Of a DNA stretch of 60,839 nt, positions 42,280 to 52,561 are shown in pieces. The stretch is from an uncultured Pseudomonadales bacterium (GTDB lineage: Bacteria; Patescibacteriota; Microgenomatia; UBA1400; PJMF01). The stretch covers positions 11,421-72,259 of the forward strand of contig CAZKSJ010000001.1 in assembly GCA_964555515.1 (NCBI GenBank). The letters run 5' to 3'. Under the pieces are notes generated by a model that was not told where the DNA came from, did not search any database, and worked only from the letters and a program-made list of their open reading frames with translations. Every line of letters begins with the position of its first letter. Within the stretch, counting starts at the first letter, position 1. Both the position numbers and the translations under genes were made by a program.

Positions 42280-44313
42280 ATGAGCAGTTCCATTTCTTCG
42301 TCTGCTCAACCTCGCGGACAGCATTTACTGCCATCTGCCGTGTCACCCACGACAAAGATGGTAGCTTTTTTGAATTTTGTTCATCAAGAGCTATCGTCCT
42401 CGTTGGATTATGACAAGACGATTCAGCGACTGGGCAAATTGGCTGTACCGGTGTTGGCAGACATGTTTATGATTGACGCCCTCGGTGATGATGGTCAAAT
42501 GCAAGTCTTGGCCATTGTTAACCAAAATCGGCAATCATTAAAAGTAGCTCGTCAACTTAGAAAAGAGCAACCGATTAGCTTGGAGGCTACCCATGGCATT
42601 GGTAAAGTGCTGCGAACTGGCATCGTAGAATTTTACCCGGCGCTATCACCAGCGGTCATCAAGAAGCTCTATCCAAAATCAAACCATTTTCGGGCTGCCA
42701 TCGCTACAAAACCGCTGTCAATGATCATTGCTCCTGTGAAAACTAGAGACAAGATTTACGGAACATTTACTTTTGTCACTAACCAGCAATCGAACAGAAA
42801 ATACTCGGCAATAGACCTATCTATTGCTCAAGATTTTGCCCACAGCGCTGCCTTGTCTCTGCAGAACGCCCATTTATTTTCAGAAACCCAAAAGGTCAGC
42901 CGCAGATACGAGCACCTCTTTCGTGGCATCAATGAGGCAGTGGTAATTTTAAATAATGAGGGATTATTTATTGACGCCAACCCTTCTGCTCAAAAATTGT
43001 TGGGAATTTCTAATCAAGATCTAAGAATGTGGAAAATTAGTGACTTCTGTCCAGACAAAAAAAATAACAAGCCTTCAATTTTTTCAAACCTGCAAAATCA
43101 TCAAGCTTGGAATTCTGAATTGTATCTTAAGTCTAAGAGGGGTCAAATAGTTTTTGTAGATCTCAGGGCACAAAAAATTATCCTGCCTAAGGAAACCATT
43201 TATTCGCTAGTTCTACATGATCTAACTGAAAGCAAGCAGGCTTTTGAAACTAATGCCAGGCTGGCCGCAATCATTTCATCCTCTGATGAAGCAATTATTG
43301 GCCTGAGCTTAACCCGCCTTGTAACTAGTTGGAATAAAGGTGCAGAAAAGACTTATGGTTATCGAGCTTCAGAAGTGATTGGTAAAGACATCTCATTTAT
43401 TTATCCCAAGGATCGACTTCATGAACTAGATTATTTTTCTAAAACGGTTAAAGATGGTCAAAGTATTGATCACTTCCAAACTCAACGAATTCGTAAAGAT
43501 GGTAGATTAATTGATATTTCCATCAGTATTTCACCAATTAGGGACACTGATGGGCACATCATTGGCACATCAACTATTGCGCGTGACATTTCAGAAAGAT
43601 TAAAGATCGAACGGAGAAAAGACGAATTCTTGAGTGTGGCCAGCCATGAATTGAAAACCCCGGTCACAAGCATTAAGGCCTATGCCCAAATTTTAGAAAA
43701 ATACTTCATCAGCCAAGAAGAATCGAAGTGCTTACTCATCAGTAAGAGAATGAATAGACAAATTGATCGTTTATCCCAGCTGGTATACGACTTACTAGAT
43801 GTTTCCAAGATTGAACTTGGTCAAATGAAGTTTAATTATGAAAAAGTGGGTCTTTATGATTTGCTCAAAGAATCTGTAGACGACATGCAAGCCTTCACCA
43901 AACACCATATTAAATTAATTGGTAAAACTTTTCCCCCGGTCTGCGCCGACGCTTATCGCGTCAGTCAAGTTATGACTAACTTGCTAACAAACGCGATCAA
44001 GTATTCACCACCTACCAAAGACATTATTGTTTCCTTAAATAAAGTTGATGATCAGCTACAAGTCAGCGTGCAAGACTTTGGTATCGGCATCGATTCGGTT
44101 CATTTTAATCAAATTTTCCAAAGATTCTATCGGGTTGATGGAAAAGATTCAGATAGTTATGGAGGTTTGGGTTTAGGTTTATATATTTCCCATCAAATTA
44201 TCAAACGACAAGGTGGGAAAATGTGGGTGGAGAGTACATTGGGCAAAGGCTCGACTTTTTATTTTACACTTCAGATGAATAAAAAATGTGAAGACATCAA
44301 AGATGTGTCATAA
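42280..44313 (+). CDS. Cytoplasmic GAF-PAS-PAS histidine kinase
   Basis: GAF-like N-terminal domain and two PAS-like modules (NEAVVILNNEGLFIDANPSAQKLLG and SSDEAIIGLSL...WNKGAEKTYGYRASEVIGKD). H-box FLSVASHELKTPV, N-box LLTNAIKYSP, and G-boxes DFGIGI and GLGLGLYISH. Confidence 0.85.
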   Translation: MSSSISSSAQPRGQHLLPSAVSPTTKMVAFLNFVHQELSSSLDYDKTIQRLGKLAVPVLADMFMIDALGDDGQMQVLAIVNQNRQSLKVARQLRKEQPISLEATHGIGKVLRTGIVEFYPALSPAVIKKLYPKSNHFRAAIATKPLSMIIAPVKTRDKIYGTFTFVTNQQSNRKYSAIDLSIAQDFAHSAALSLQNAHLFSETQKVSRRYEHLFRGINEAVVILNNEGLFIDANPSAQKLLGISNQDLRMWKISDFCPDKKNNKPSIFSNLQNHQAWNSELYLKSKRGQIVFVDLRAQKIILPKETIYSLVLHDLTESKQAFETNARLAAIISSSDEAIIGLSLTRLVTSWNKGAEKTYGYRASEVIGKDISFIYPKDRLHELDYFSKTVKDGQSIDHFQTQRIRKDGRLIDISISISPIRDTDGHIIGTSTIARDISERLKIERRKDEFLSVASHELKTPVTSIKAYAQILEKYFISQEESKCLLISKRMNRQIDRLSQLVYDLLDVSKIELGQMKFNYEKVGLYDLLKESVDDMQAFTKHHIKLIGKTFPPVCADAYRVSQVMTNLLTNAIKYSPPTKDIIVSLNKVDDQLQVSVQDFGIGIDSVHFNQIFQRFYRVDGKDSDSYGGLGLGLYISHQIIKRQGGKMWVESTLGKGSTFYFTLQMNKKCEDIKDVS

Positions 44314-44325
44314 GGATTATTAATC

Positions 44326-44742
44326 ATGAATCAGGTAAATAAAAATTCTGTCTGGGTAGTGGATGATGATGAGGGTATTCTTGAAGTTGTGAAAATCTTA
44401 TTCGAACAAGAGGATTTTGATGGAAAGTTTTTTTGCGACCCAAAAGTCATGCTATCGAAACTGACGAAGGGAATAGAACCAAAGCTGCTACTGCTCGACG
44501 TTTTTATGAGAGGCGTCAATGGAGTTGACATTTCTTTGTGCTTGAAAAACAACACTCAAACCAAGCACATTCCTATCATTTTGCTCACTGCCGATCTAGA
44601 TGCCGCTGAAAAAGCTCGCGAGGCAAAAGCTGAGGGTTTTCTGACCAAACCTTTTGATATTGAGGAACTGTTGGCCGTGGTCAGAGGATATTTAGTCACT
44701 AATAAATCAACCAATCATCTGCAAAATCACAACCATGATTGA
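44326..44742 (+). CDS. Single-domain response regulator
   Basis: VWVVDDDEGILEV, KLLLLDVFMRGVNG, ILLTAD and GFLTKPFDIEEL. Starts 12 nt after the kinase stop. Confidence 0.85.
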   Translation: MNQVNKNSVWVVDDDEGILEVVKILFEQEDFDGKFFCDPKVMLSKLTKGIEPKLLLLDVFMRGVNGVDISLCLKNNTQTKHIPIILLTADLDAAEKAREAKAEGFLTKPFDIEELLAVVRGYLVTNKSTNHLQNHNHD

Positions 44743-45594
44743 CGCAACTGTTAACAAAACTAAAAAACGCCAGTCTGCTAAATGAAAAAGCGCTTCCCCA
44801 AATAAGGCGCCAATAAAACCATAATATTTTTTGAAGTATTTAAATCGGCTTTGCCGATAAATTTTTTTGAGCTGCGTTTCTGATTGCCGGCTAACTTCTG
44901 CTTGATCATGCTCTACAAAAGCATCTGACAAAATGGCCAATTGACGACCTGCTTCTCTAATGCGCTTTCCTACATCCCATTCTTCAAAATAAAGAAATAA
45001 ACTTTCATCAAATCGACCGATCTTTTTAAACAGTTCTTGACTAATCATAAAAGCGCAGCCGGGGATAGCTGCCAACAATTGAGAATCAGGATGATCTATA
45101 TTCAGCAAATAGTGTTGACGTGCAACTGGATTATGCGGCCATAAGCGATGAATAACCGTATGACTCATTAAGTAAGTCCAGATCGTTAGCTTACCACTGC
45201 CTTGCTTTTCAAACCTTTGACCGTTCGTATGCAATAATGTTGGTGCCACTGCGCCGATTTGAGGATGCGCGTCTAGATAAGCACTGAGCTGATTAACAAT
45301 ATCTGATTTTAAAATTACGTCTGGGTTTAAAAATAATAAATATCTACCTGCCGCATGATCGGCGCCCAAGTTATTACCTCCACCGTAACCTAAATTTTGC
45401 TTAGAAGCGACGTAAGTGATTTTGTCCTGACCTCTAAGTTGATCAGCCAGCATGTCGTTGCCTTCGTTATCGACAATTGTGATATGGTAACTGGCGATGA
45501 AGCACTTTTCTCGAATGGAGTTGATGCATCGATGTAATTGAGGCACACTATGGTAATTGACAATGACGATGGAAACTTTGAGCGATTCTGGCAC
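44707..45594 (-). CDS. Family 2 glycosyltransferase
   Basis: VSIVIVNYHS, IVDNEGND, and YLLFLNPDV (DxD-type). Has a C-terminal hydrophobic tail. Confidence 0.8.
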   Translation of the reverse strand: MPESLKVSIVIVNYHSVPQLHRCINSIREKCFIASYHITIVDNEGNDMLADQLRGQDKITYVASKQNLGYGGGNNLGADHAAGRYLLFLNPDVILKSDIVNQLSAYLDAHPQIGAVAPTLLHTNGQRFEKQGSGKLTIWTYLMSHTVIHRLWPHNPVARQHYLLNIDHPDSQLLAAIPGCAFMISQELFKKIGRFDESLFLYFEEWDVGKRIREAGRQLAILSDAFVEHDQAEVSRQSETQLKKIYRQSRFKYFKKYYGFIGALFGEALFHLADWRFLVLLTVASIMVVILQMIG

Positions 45595-45665
45595 TACCTG
45601 ATTCTACTGCAAATCCACTTACGATGCGATTGCATCACCAACTTGTTATATACTAAGTATCAATC

Positions 45666-47657
45666 ATGTTAAAAAATTATTTGTTCAAATGCTTGTTGGT
45701 GATGGGAGTTTTTTTGCTACCGGCTTTGGTATGCAGACATTGTGTAGTGCAAAGTGTCGCTGCTAAATCTTACACTGTTGATCAGGTTGAGATCAACGCT
45801 GAACTACAAACCGACGGCAGCATGTTGGTTGAAGAAAAACGGACTTATACCTTTGATGGGGATTTTACTTTTGCATTTATCGAAAAAAATATCGTCCCAG
45901 ATCAATCCAAATCGCCTGGTCGGACAGAGCAGTATCAGCTGACTGATTTTGCAGTATGTGATCAAACCAAGTGCTATCAACAACTGGCTGATGAGCAAAT
46001 TGCGGCGGCCGATGTCGATCGGCCGCCGCAAACTTTCTACGTACAGGATAAGGGCAATCAGTATTACATCAAATGGTTTTACCGATCCAATCACCCTGAG
46101 GAATTCACCCTTCGTTACCAGGTGAACAATGCTATGACCATCCACCAGGATGTCGCCGAATTATATTGGCAGTGGATTGGCAGTGAGTGGGAAGTACCAC
46201 AGTCCAACGTGACCGTACAAGTAACTCTCCCACCCGAAGTGCCAGGAGAAGCAATTCAGGCATGGGCACACGGCCCATTAACTGGAACAGTGTCTATTCC
46301 TGATTCAAAATCGGTAATATTTAGAGTGCCTAAAGTGGGAGTTGGAGAATTTTTTGAAGGTCGCATCACTCTACCCAAAGCAATTTTTTCTGCTGGCGCG
46401 GTGGGAAATGGTTCCAATGAAGCAATTAATCAGCAGGAAGAGCAGTTTATCAATCAAACCAAGCAAGATTTAAAGAGAAAAAGCTTGGTCACCAATACGG
46501 TTGCCATCCTAAGCCTCGCGGTTTTTGCGGGCACGCTGATCAATCTATATTGGGTGATTAAGCGATTTTATGAATTTGGCAAGGATCCGCAAATGCCGCA
46601 AGTCTCATTGTCAGGCAAGTTGTGGGAACCACCTAGTGAGATTGACCCCTCCCAAGTTGAGCAACTGCTCTCTGGAAATCAAAGGCTAACTCCCAAGGCT
46701 TTTACCGCCACAATTCTGTCGCTCATCCATAAGCGAGTCTACAAAATGAAGCGCAGTGATCAAAAGGAAGGTCTCTTCTTTAAGAATTACAAGTACTATC
46801 TAGAGAAACAAGCGGGTCATCAACAAAAATTATCTGGAGTCGAGTCTGCGATAAGTTCTTTTCTAGATCAGATAGGAACTAAATCCGTTCAGTTCCAAGG
46901 AAAAAAACAACAGTTGTTACCTTTAGATGAAATTGGCAAATGGACAAGAGCGCACCAAACCACTTCATATAATTTTTTTAAAAATCTCGAAAAAACTAGT
47001 TTTGAGGAAAATATCAATGAAGGCTACTTTGACGAAGCAGCAGACAAATACAGTAAAAATTATCTGACTGTCACTTACTTTTCCTTATATGGGACTGCTC
47101 AGTTTATCTTCCTCATGCTGTTGATGAACAATTTGACAGTAGGCGCAGGACTTGTGGCACTCGGCCTGCTTACCGCTCCATTTGGCGTCATGCTTGCCAT
47201 CATGGGCATAATTTTGAACATGGTGCTGCTTTCCCAAGGACAAAAAAGAACTGATTTAGGTGCCAAGGAGGCGGCGGGGTGGAAAGCCTTCAAGCAACAC
47301 ATGGAAGATTATCAAAAAACCGCTAAGTATCCGATTGACTCAATCATTTTGTGGGAAAAATACTTGATCTATGGCACGGTACTTGGAGTTTCTAAAAAAG
47401 CACTTTCACAACTACCAGTATCATTTAGCCCTGAAGATGCCAAAATTGCTACTACATATTGGGCAGGCAGCTCAACGGGAGGTGCGGCCGACTTTTCCAG
47501 CTCTATCTCTGATATTTCCAGCGGCATTGCCGACGCTTTGAGTAGCGTTTCTTCTGCGGCAAGTTCCTCTTACGGCGCTTCTGGATCCGGCTCATCCGGC
47601 GGTTCATCGGGCGGAGGTGGAGGAGGAGGTGGGGGTGGCGGTGGCGGTGCGGGCTAA
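45666..47657 (+). CDS. DUF2207-family membrane protein with a poly-Gly C-terminal tail
   Basis: Signal/TM segment, an extracellular N-domain (YYIKWFY and ELYWQWIG), 3 TM segments, and the C-terminal tail SGSSGGSSGGGGGGGGGGGGGAG typical of DUF2207. Confidence 0.75.
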   Translation: MLKNYLFKCLLVMGVFLLPALVCRHCVVQSVAAKSYTVDQVEINAELQTDGSMLVEEKRTYTFDGDFTFAFIEKNIVPDQSKSPGRTEQYQLTDFAVCDQTKCYQQLADEQIAAADVDRPPQTFYVQDKGNQYYIKWFYRSNHPEEFTLRYQVNNAMTIHQDVAELYWQWIGSEWEVPQSNVTVQVTLPPEVPGEAIQAWAHGPLTGTVSIPDSKSVIFRVPKVGVGEFFEGRITLPKAIFSAGAVGNGSNEAINQQEEQFINQTKQDLKRKSLVTNTVAILSLAVFAGTLINLYWVIKRFYEFGKDPQMPQVSLSGKLWEPPSEIDPSQVEQLLSGNQRLTPKAFTATILSLIHKRVYKMKRSDQKEGLFFKNYKYYLEKQAGHQQKLSGVESAISSFLDQIGTKSVQFQGKKQQLLPLDEIGKWTRAHQTTSYNFFKNLEKTSFEENINEGYFDEAADKYSKNYLTVTYFSLYGTAQFIFLMLLMNNLTVGAGLVALGLLTAPFGVMLAIMGIILNMVLLSQGQKRTDLGAKEAAGWKAFKQHMEDYQKTAKYPIDSIILWEKYLIYGTVLGVSKKALSQLPVSFSPEDAKIATTYWAGSSTGGAADFSSSISDISSGIADALSSVSSAASSSYGASGSGSSGGSSGGGGGGGGGGGGGAG

Positions 47658-47799
47658 TCGCTACCAACAATATTAAATTAATACCTAAATCCATTTGGCA
47701 GGATCGGGTTCTATTCAAACCAAAATAATAATACTTCTCGATCCAGATGAACTTCCCGCTTCTATCAATGCTATTTTGTCATCCTCATTGTCAAGCTCA

Positions 47800-48501
47800 C
47801 TAGCATTTGAGTGCAAAGTCGTGTTCTTCTGAAGTATTTTTATTTAGAATGAGTTGGCAATCGTGCTGGTTTGCTTGCTGATCGGGAGTGTCGGAGACAA
47901 GCTGGTCTTCCTCGACAAGAACTTGAACTTGTTTCTGATTGATGTCTGCCGGAATTAGATTGCCACCTTCCTGATGAAGTAAGTCCTTTTGATCTGTATT
48001 AATCAAATTTGACTTGCCCTGTTGCTGATTGGGATGCGTAATTAAATTCTTGAGTTGTTTTTCTTGCTGATCGGAAAGGGGCAGACTAGATTCGGGTGGT
48101 TTGAAATAGATCGTAATTTCTTGCGGAGATTCCAGTAGCATCCACACTTCTCGACCAACGTCCCCAACGTAATCATCACCAACTTGGTCCGCGTGAGCAG
48201 GATTCAATAAATCAAAAACACAATACGGACCAAAAATTTGCCCATTGCTTTCTTTAATCCAAACTTTTTCTCCAACATGATCCATTTTCAGAGCAACGTG
48301 AGCGATCTCGGCACAAGCTTGATCAATCTGTCCCCACTCAAGACGTTTGGCAATTGTAGCTACTCTCGGCCGATCATTGTAGGGAGTCACGTAGCCGTGA
48401 AGTACCTCACTAGATTGGGGCTCTGCACCCACAACCGGCGAACCATGAAAAAGACAACTAATCGCAATTGCCCACAACCCAACACGAAGTGTTCGCGCCA
48501 T
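47800..48501 (-). CDS. Secreted hypothetical protein with a Gln-rich C-terminal half
   Basis: Start moved to the ATG at 48501 (MARTLRVGLWAIAISCLFHGSPVVGA, signal-peptide-like). The longer ORF would overlap the upstream gene. Confidence 0.45.
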   Translation of the reverse strand: MARTLRVGLWAIAISCLFHGSPVVGAEPQSSEVLHGYVTPYNDRPRVATIAKRLEWGQIDQACAEIAHVALKMDHVGEKVWIKESNGQIFGPYCVFDLLNPAHADQVGDDYVGDVGREVWMLLESPQEITIYFKPPESSLPLSDQQEKQLKNLITHPNQQQGKSNLINTDQKDLLHQEGGNLIPADINQKQVQVLVEEDQLVSDTPDQQANQHDCQLILNKNTSEEHDFALKC

Positions 48502-48620
48502 TTTTTCCTGATTAGCAATGATTTCCAAAGATGAATTTCGTAAAAATTCACTGAAAAGCATAAGTGCTGAGTATAACTTTTGAAAATCATCTGACAACCC
48601 CAAACTATCCCATTGAGTTA

Positions 48621-50261
48621 CTAGTCGACATTCATTCGATACAAGCAATCATCTATGTCACAAGCAATTAAACTTAACGTTGGTATATGATTAACTGTTT
48701 CTCTGAGAAATGATGAATTAACAGCTGCTAAGCCAGCATAAGTAAAGTTATCATCAAACATTTGTTGATACTCCCCATAATGAATCAACACCAACTCAAC
48801 TTGGTTTTTCTGCAAGACTTCAATACTCTGCTCATTGGGAAATTCTCTGATCAAGTCCTGGATCTCCGTGATTCGCTGAGGAGGGACTAATCCACTCACC
48901 CCATTAAACAATTTTTTTTCATGATATGCCTGATAGAGCAATCTTTCATCTTCAACACTGTCGTAGGGAGTCATGTCCCACAGATAAATAGGTAACTCAA
49001 TTAACACATCACCATCTGCATTCTTCACTTTTTCATATATTGCGGGCTGTCTGGTTTGAATGACAAAGAACTCCATCCTCATCGAACTGTACACAATCAT
49101 CGCGATAGCCGACACCGCCAGAGCGATGATCAGCCACTTATCTTTGAGTCGAGATTGATTGACCCATGATCCAATCCACAAAGCCATGCCGAAATTCAAC
49201 AACACACTCCAACGCGTCACCGCACGAAAAGCGTTCATTCCTGGCCATAAATAGTAGGTGACTGCATAAGGCAGTGGGATGGCAAAACCCAACGGCTTCC
49301 AGGTTTCACCAAAAATCTTCATGACTGGACCCAGCATATAAAACAAACCAAATAGCATGATTGTGCTTAAAGACCAGAATGAAATCACAGGTTGTGGCGA
49401 ATCCTGTGACTTGACACGAAATAAAGATAATCCAATCAACACTAGTAGCATCATCATCAAGTCAAATCCCCACAACCTTTCCAATCCATAAGAAGAATGA
49501 GCAGTGTCTCTAATTGTTCTGATAGTGCCCAACTCTTGCGATGTCAGTACATATGGGAAATAAAAAATGACCGATACAAAAAAAAGTAGCAGCAGATGGC
49601 CTAAGAAAATTTTATCCATGATTAACTTCCGCCACCAACTCTCCACAAAAATCAACACTGCAATGATGATCATAAAAAAATAAGCGGTCATCGGATCGTT
49701 GAGAACTTGATATAGGTAAGCCAGGCTAAAACCTAATAAGTATCGATAACGTTTGGTACCGACATACTTCAGCAAAAAGTAGACTCCAAACGGAATACCA
49801 GCTACCAAAAAACTCTGCAAGTGCACGGCAAACTCCAGGTGCAAATATGAGAAAGCAAAGAAAAATGCGCCCGCATATTCAGCGAGCTTATTTTGAAAAA
49901 GCTCTCTTGCCAAGACAAACATAGCTAGAAAAGTTAGTACAGAACCAAGAAGTAAATGGATATTGAGATTCAAGATTAGTTGGTCTGAGAACAAACTAAG
50001 CGGTAAATTAAGCAACGCTGTTGATAGAAAAGGCACCGAATATGTCAGGGTGCTTTGGTATGGATGAAAAAATGGCAAATCATAGATGCTTTCGTTAGCA
50101 ACAACTTGGAGGCCCACTTGATTAATTAACCAAGCTATTAAGGGCCCATCATTGGGTGATGTAGTCATGGTGTCGGGATTCTGCAGCATTGGAAAAAATA
50201 TCACTAATGTGAGAAGAAAACCAATAAATGTGGGAAGCCACATACTTTTTAACCATTGCAT
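48621..50261 (-). CDS. Polytopic membrane protein, possible GT-C-type glycosyltransferase
   Basis: 546 aa with about 12 TM segments followed by a soluble C-terminal domain of about 130 aa. This architecture resembles GT-C enzymes, but no catalytic motif was verified. Confidence 0.4.
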   Translation of the reverse strand: MQWLKSMWLPTFIGFLLTLVIFFPMLQNPDTMTTSPNDGPLIAWLINQVGLQVVANESIYDLPFFHPYQSTLTYSVPFLSTALLNLPLSLFSDQLILNLNIHLLLGSVLTFLAMFVLARELFQNKLAEYAGAFFFAFSYLHLEFAVHLQSFLVAGIPFGVYFLLKYVGTKRYRYLLGFSLAYLYQVLNDPMTAYFFMIIIAVLIFVESWWRKLIMDKIFLGHLLLLFFVSVIFYFPYVLTSQELGTIRTIRDTAHSSYGLERLWGFDLMMMLLVLIGLSLFRVKSQDSPQPVISFWSLSTIMLFGLFYMLGPVMKIFGETWKPLGFAIPLPYAVTYYLWPGMNAFRAVTRWSVLLNFGMALWIGSWVNQSRLKDKWLIIALAVSAIAMIVYSSMRMEFFVIQTRQPAIYEKVKNADGDVLIELPIYLWDMTPYDSVEDERLLYQAYHEKKLFNGVSGLVPPQRITEIQDLIREFPNEQSIEVLQKNQVELVLIHYGEYQQMFDDNFTYAGLAAVNSSFLRETVNHIPTLSLIACDIDDCLYRMNVD

Positions 50262-50316
50262 GCTGCTGATTGTAAACCAATCAGAACAGAAGATGAGGTT
50301 GGTTAAATTACTGCAA

Positions 50317-50880
50317 TTACTTTAGTTCTTTAAGTTCATGAGATTTGTGTTGAGGATCAACGACTTTAAATATTTTTCTTAACACCGCAGCGATCGAATT
50401 TGGATCATCAACATTCTCTATAGAAACCATGATGTCCTTAATAGATGTGACCGGACCATACTGAAATAAAATTGTGCCATAATTGAAAAGTCTTCCCAAC
50501 AAACCTTGAACTACTTCCACTTGTGAAAATTGTTCAATTCTAACGGTCAATGACTTGCGTTGAATAATCCCTCTGGTCACTACTACTCTGTCTTTGAATA
50601 CCTGATAACGTATTGAGCGTAGTTCTAAAATTAGATATCCAACCATAAGTCCTAAAAACCCAAATGCAATTACAAAATAAATCGGTCCTCGTAATAAATT
50701 CATCAACGCATCCATCCCAATTGCTTGAACAAGATAAGCCACGATATTATTTTTAAACCAAACTACTGAGAGCACGATCAACACCGCCACGATCATCTTC
50801 ATCCACAAGACTTTCGCAGTCTGCCTTAAATCCAAGTAATCGTCTCTAACAATATTTTCGGGAAACAACGACATCGTCAT
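50317..50880 (-). CDS. bPH_2 (YdbS/YdbT-like, DUF304) membrane protein
   Basis: Two pairs of TM helices, then VVVTRGIIQRKSLTVRIEQFSQVEVVQGLLGRLFNYGTILF, the bacterial PH-domain signature. Confidence 0.7.
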   Translation of the reverse strand: MTMSLFPENIVRDDYLDLRQTAKVLWMKMIVAVLIVLSVVWFKNNIVAYLVQAIGMDALMNLLRGPIYFVIAFGFLGLMVGYLILELRSIRYQVFKDRVVVTRGIIQRKSLTVRIEQFSQVEVVQGLLGRLFNYGTILFQYGPVTSIKDIMVSIENVDDPNSIAAVLRKIFKVVDPQHKSHELKELK

Positions 50881-51044
50881 CCTTTTTTTAATTTCCTAAC
50901 TATATTGTAAGCTAAAAGCATCTGAATAAAAGATGAAGCACCTCACCAATACTTTTATCTGCAATCTGCATCAACCTATTGCTGTTGCAATTGGGTAATT
51001 ATTCATTTACTATTGGTGCTTAGTACAATCAAATATAATTTCCT

Positions 51045-52391
51045 ATGACAGAATGGTTCAAAGAACACAAAGCCATCTCCATCATCCTCGGAGTGCTGAT
51101 TATCACTGCTCTAGCAATGATAATTTTTGGGGAGCCTAGATCAAGAGAGACAGCTGCTATCTCGGGTTCGGTTAACTTCAACGGCATTGGGCCGCAAGAC
51201 GGATCTCGTAATGGCAATATTATTCTGATGCAAAGAGAGCTTGGACAATCTGACTTTGTTTCAACTAACGCCACCATTCCGATCGCTGATGGCGCCGCTT
51301 GGACTTGGACAGAAGCAGAGTCTGGCATCACTTATGACTTGAAAGCAGATGTTTTCTATAATGGGCAGTTCATTAAATCAAGCAATATTGTCACCACCAC
51401 CGCCCCAGCAGCTGGCCAAGTACTTACTTTCAACATTACTCTAAGTGACATTCCTGATTTTATAATTCAAGAAAACACAACCAGTATTTCTGGTAGTATT
51501 TTGATAGACGGTTTTGTACCAACTGATGCCACAGTCTCAATTTTTGCGGCTGGTGCGGGCTTGCAGGGTATGGAAGAAGTTTTGGCTAATATACCCGCGC
51601 GCACTACAACTAGCTATCAATGGAACGGGGCGTTAACCGGTCAAGAATATCAGCTAGAAGCCCGTTTGGTAAATGCCAACGGGACTGTAATTGGTGCCTC
51701 CCAAAGACAAAATATTGTTGCCCCAGCCAAATCAGAGGATATTAAATTGAGCTCACAAGCGAGTTCCGTACAAGAACAAGAAACAAAAACCGCATCGATC
51801 TCTGGTATGGTGCGTATTTCTGGACCAGTTGTGCAAGGTAGCACTTTGTTAATGTTGCAAAGAGAAGTGGGCGAAACCAACTTCACCGCCTTTGACCGTT
51901 TACCTGCTACAAGTAATGCCGCCTGGACGCTGCGAAATTTAGCTGCAGGTCAAAGATTAGAAATTACCAGTGCTTTACAGGTAAATGAACAAAATGTGGC
52001 AACCGGTGAAGTTTTAACTCTCAGCGCCCCAGCCACCAACCAAGTGATTAATCTGGATACTGGCTTCAATATGCCTGCTCCCAACTCCAGACCAAGAATA
52101 AGTTGTGGCGCTATGGACAGCACTGGCCACTTCAACGCTGAATTAGTCTTTCCTTCTGTCAACGATGCCAGAAAGTACTACGTACAGGTGGGCACAACTG
52201 CGGGCGGGAGAGATTTGCTCAACCAAGGGTTTGATGCACCAAATGGTGATCTCACCACCACTGTCTTTATTGCCAAAGACACCAATTACTTTACAAGATA
52301 TGCATACTCATTATGTGCTGATTGTAATATTCAGGACAGACAAAATTGGTCAGGGTGGTCGCCTACCTTGGGATTCCGCTGTCCACAATGA
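51045..52391 (+). CDS. Membrane-anchored/secreted protein with three internal Ig-like repeats and a Cys-containing C-terminal domain
   Basis: N-terminal TM helix. Repeats start at AAISGSVNFNG..., TSISGSILIDG... and ASISGMVRISG..., each followed by ...LMQRE(L/V)G(Q/E)... or a related segment. The C-terminal domain has 5 Cys. Confidence 0.5.
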   Translation: MTEWFKEHKAISIILGVLIITALAMIIFGEPRSRETAAISGSVNFNGIGPQDGSRNGNIILMQRELGQSDFVSTNATIPIADGAAWTWTEAESGITYDLKADVFYNGQFIKSSNIVTTTAPAAGQVLTFNITLSDIPDFIIQENTTSISGSILIDGFVPTDATVSIFAAGAGLQGMEEVLANIPARTTTSYQWNGALTGQEYQLEARLVNANGTVIGASQRQNIVAPAKSEDIKLSSQASSVQEQETKTASISGMVRISGPVVQGSTLLMLQREVGETNFTAFDRLPATSNAAWTLRNLAAGQRLEITSALQVNEQNVATGEVLTLSAPATNQVINLDTGFNMPAPNSRPRISCGAMDSTGHFNAELVFPSVNDARKYYVQVGTTAGGRDLLNQGFDAPNGDLTTTVFIAKDTNYFTRYAYSLCADCNIQDRQNWSGWSPTLGFRCPQ

Positions 52392-52475
52392 CATGCTCAA
52401 ATTTTTGACATGAGTAGTTAATTACTCTATTCATTGAGAAGATTTTGATCGAGTCACTAGGCTATGAATAAAGAA

Positions 52476-52508
52476 CGGCCGGCTGGGGAGAAACTCCCCA
52501 GCCGGCCG
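52476..52508. terminator. Strong GC-rich hairpin between convergent genes
   Basis: CGGCCGGCTGGGGAG-AAA-CTCCCCAGCCGGCCG is a perfect 15-bp stem. A U-rich tract (TTCTTTATT) follows on the minus strand only. Confidence 0.6.
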
Positions 52509-52561
52509 ATTCAATCTCATTTGCAGTTTATTATTTCTAAAATCTCTCCACAGAAACAATT

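Noticed and set aside
47590-47657. GGN-rich simple-sequence tract that looks like a tandem DNA repeat
   Set aside because: It is in frame and encodes the poly-Gly/Ser C-terminal tail characteristic of DUF2207 proteins. It is not a CRISPR, VNTR or non-coding repeat.
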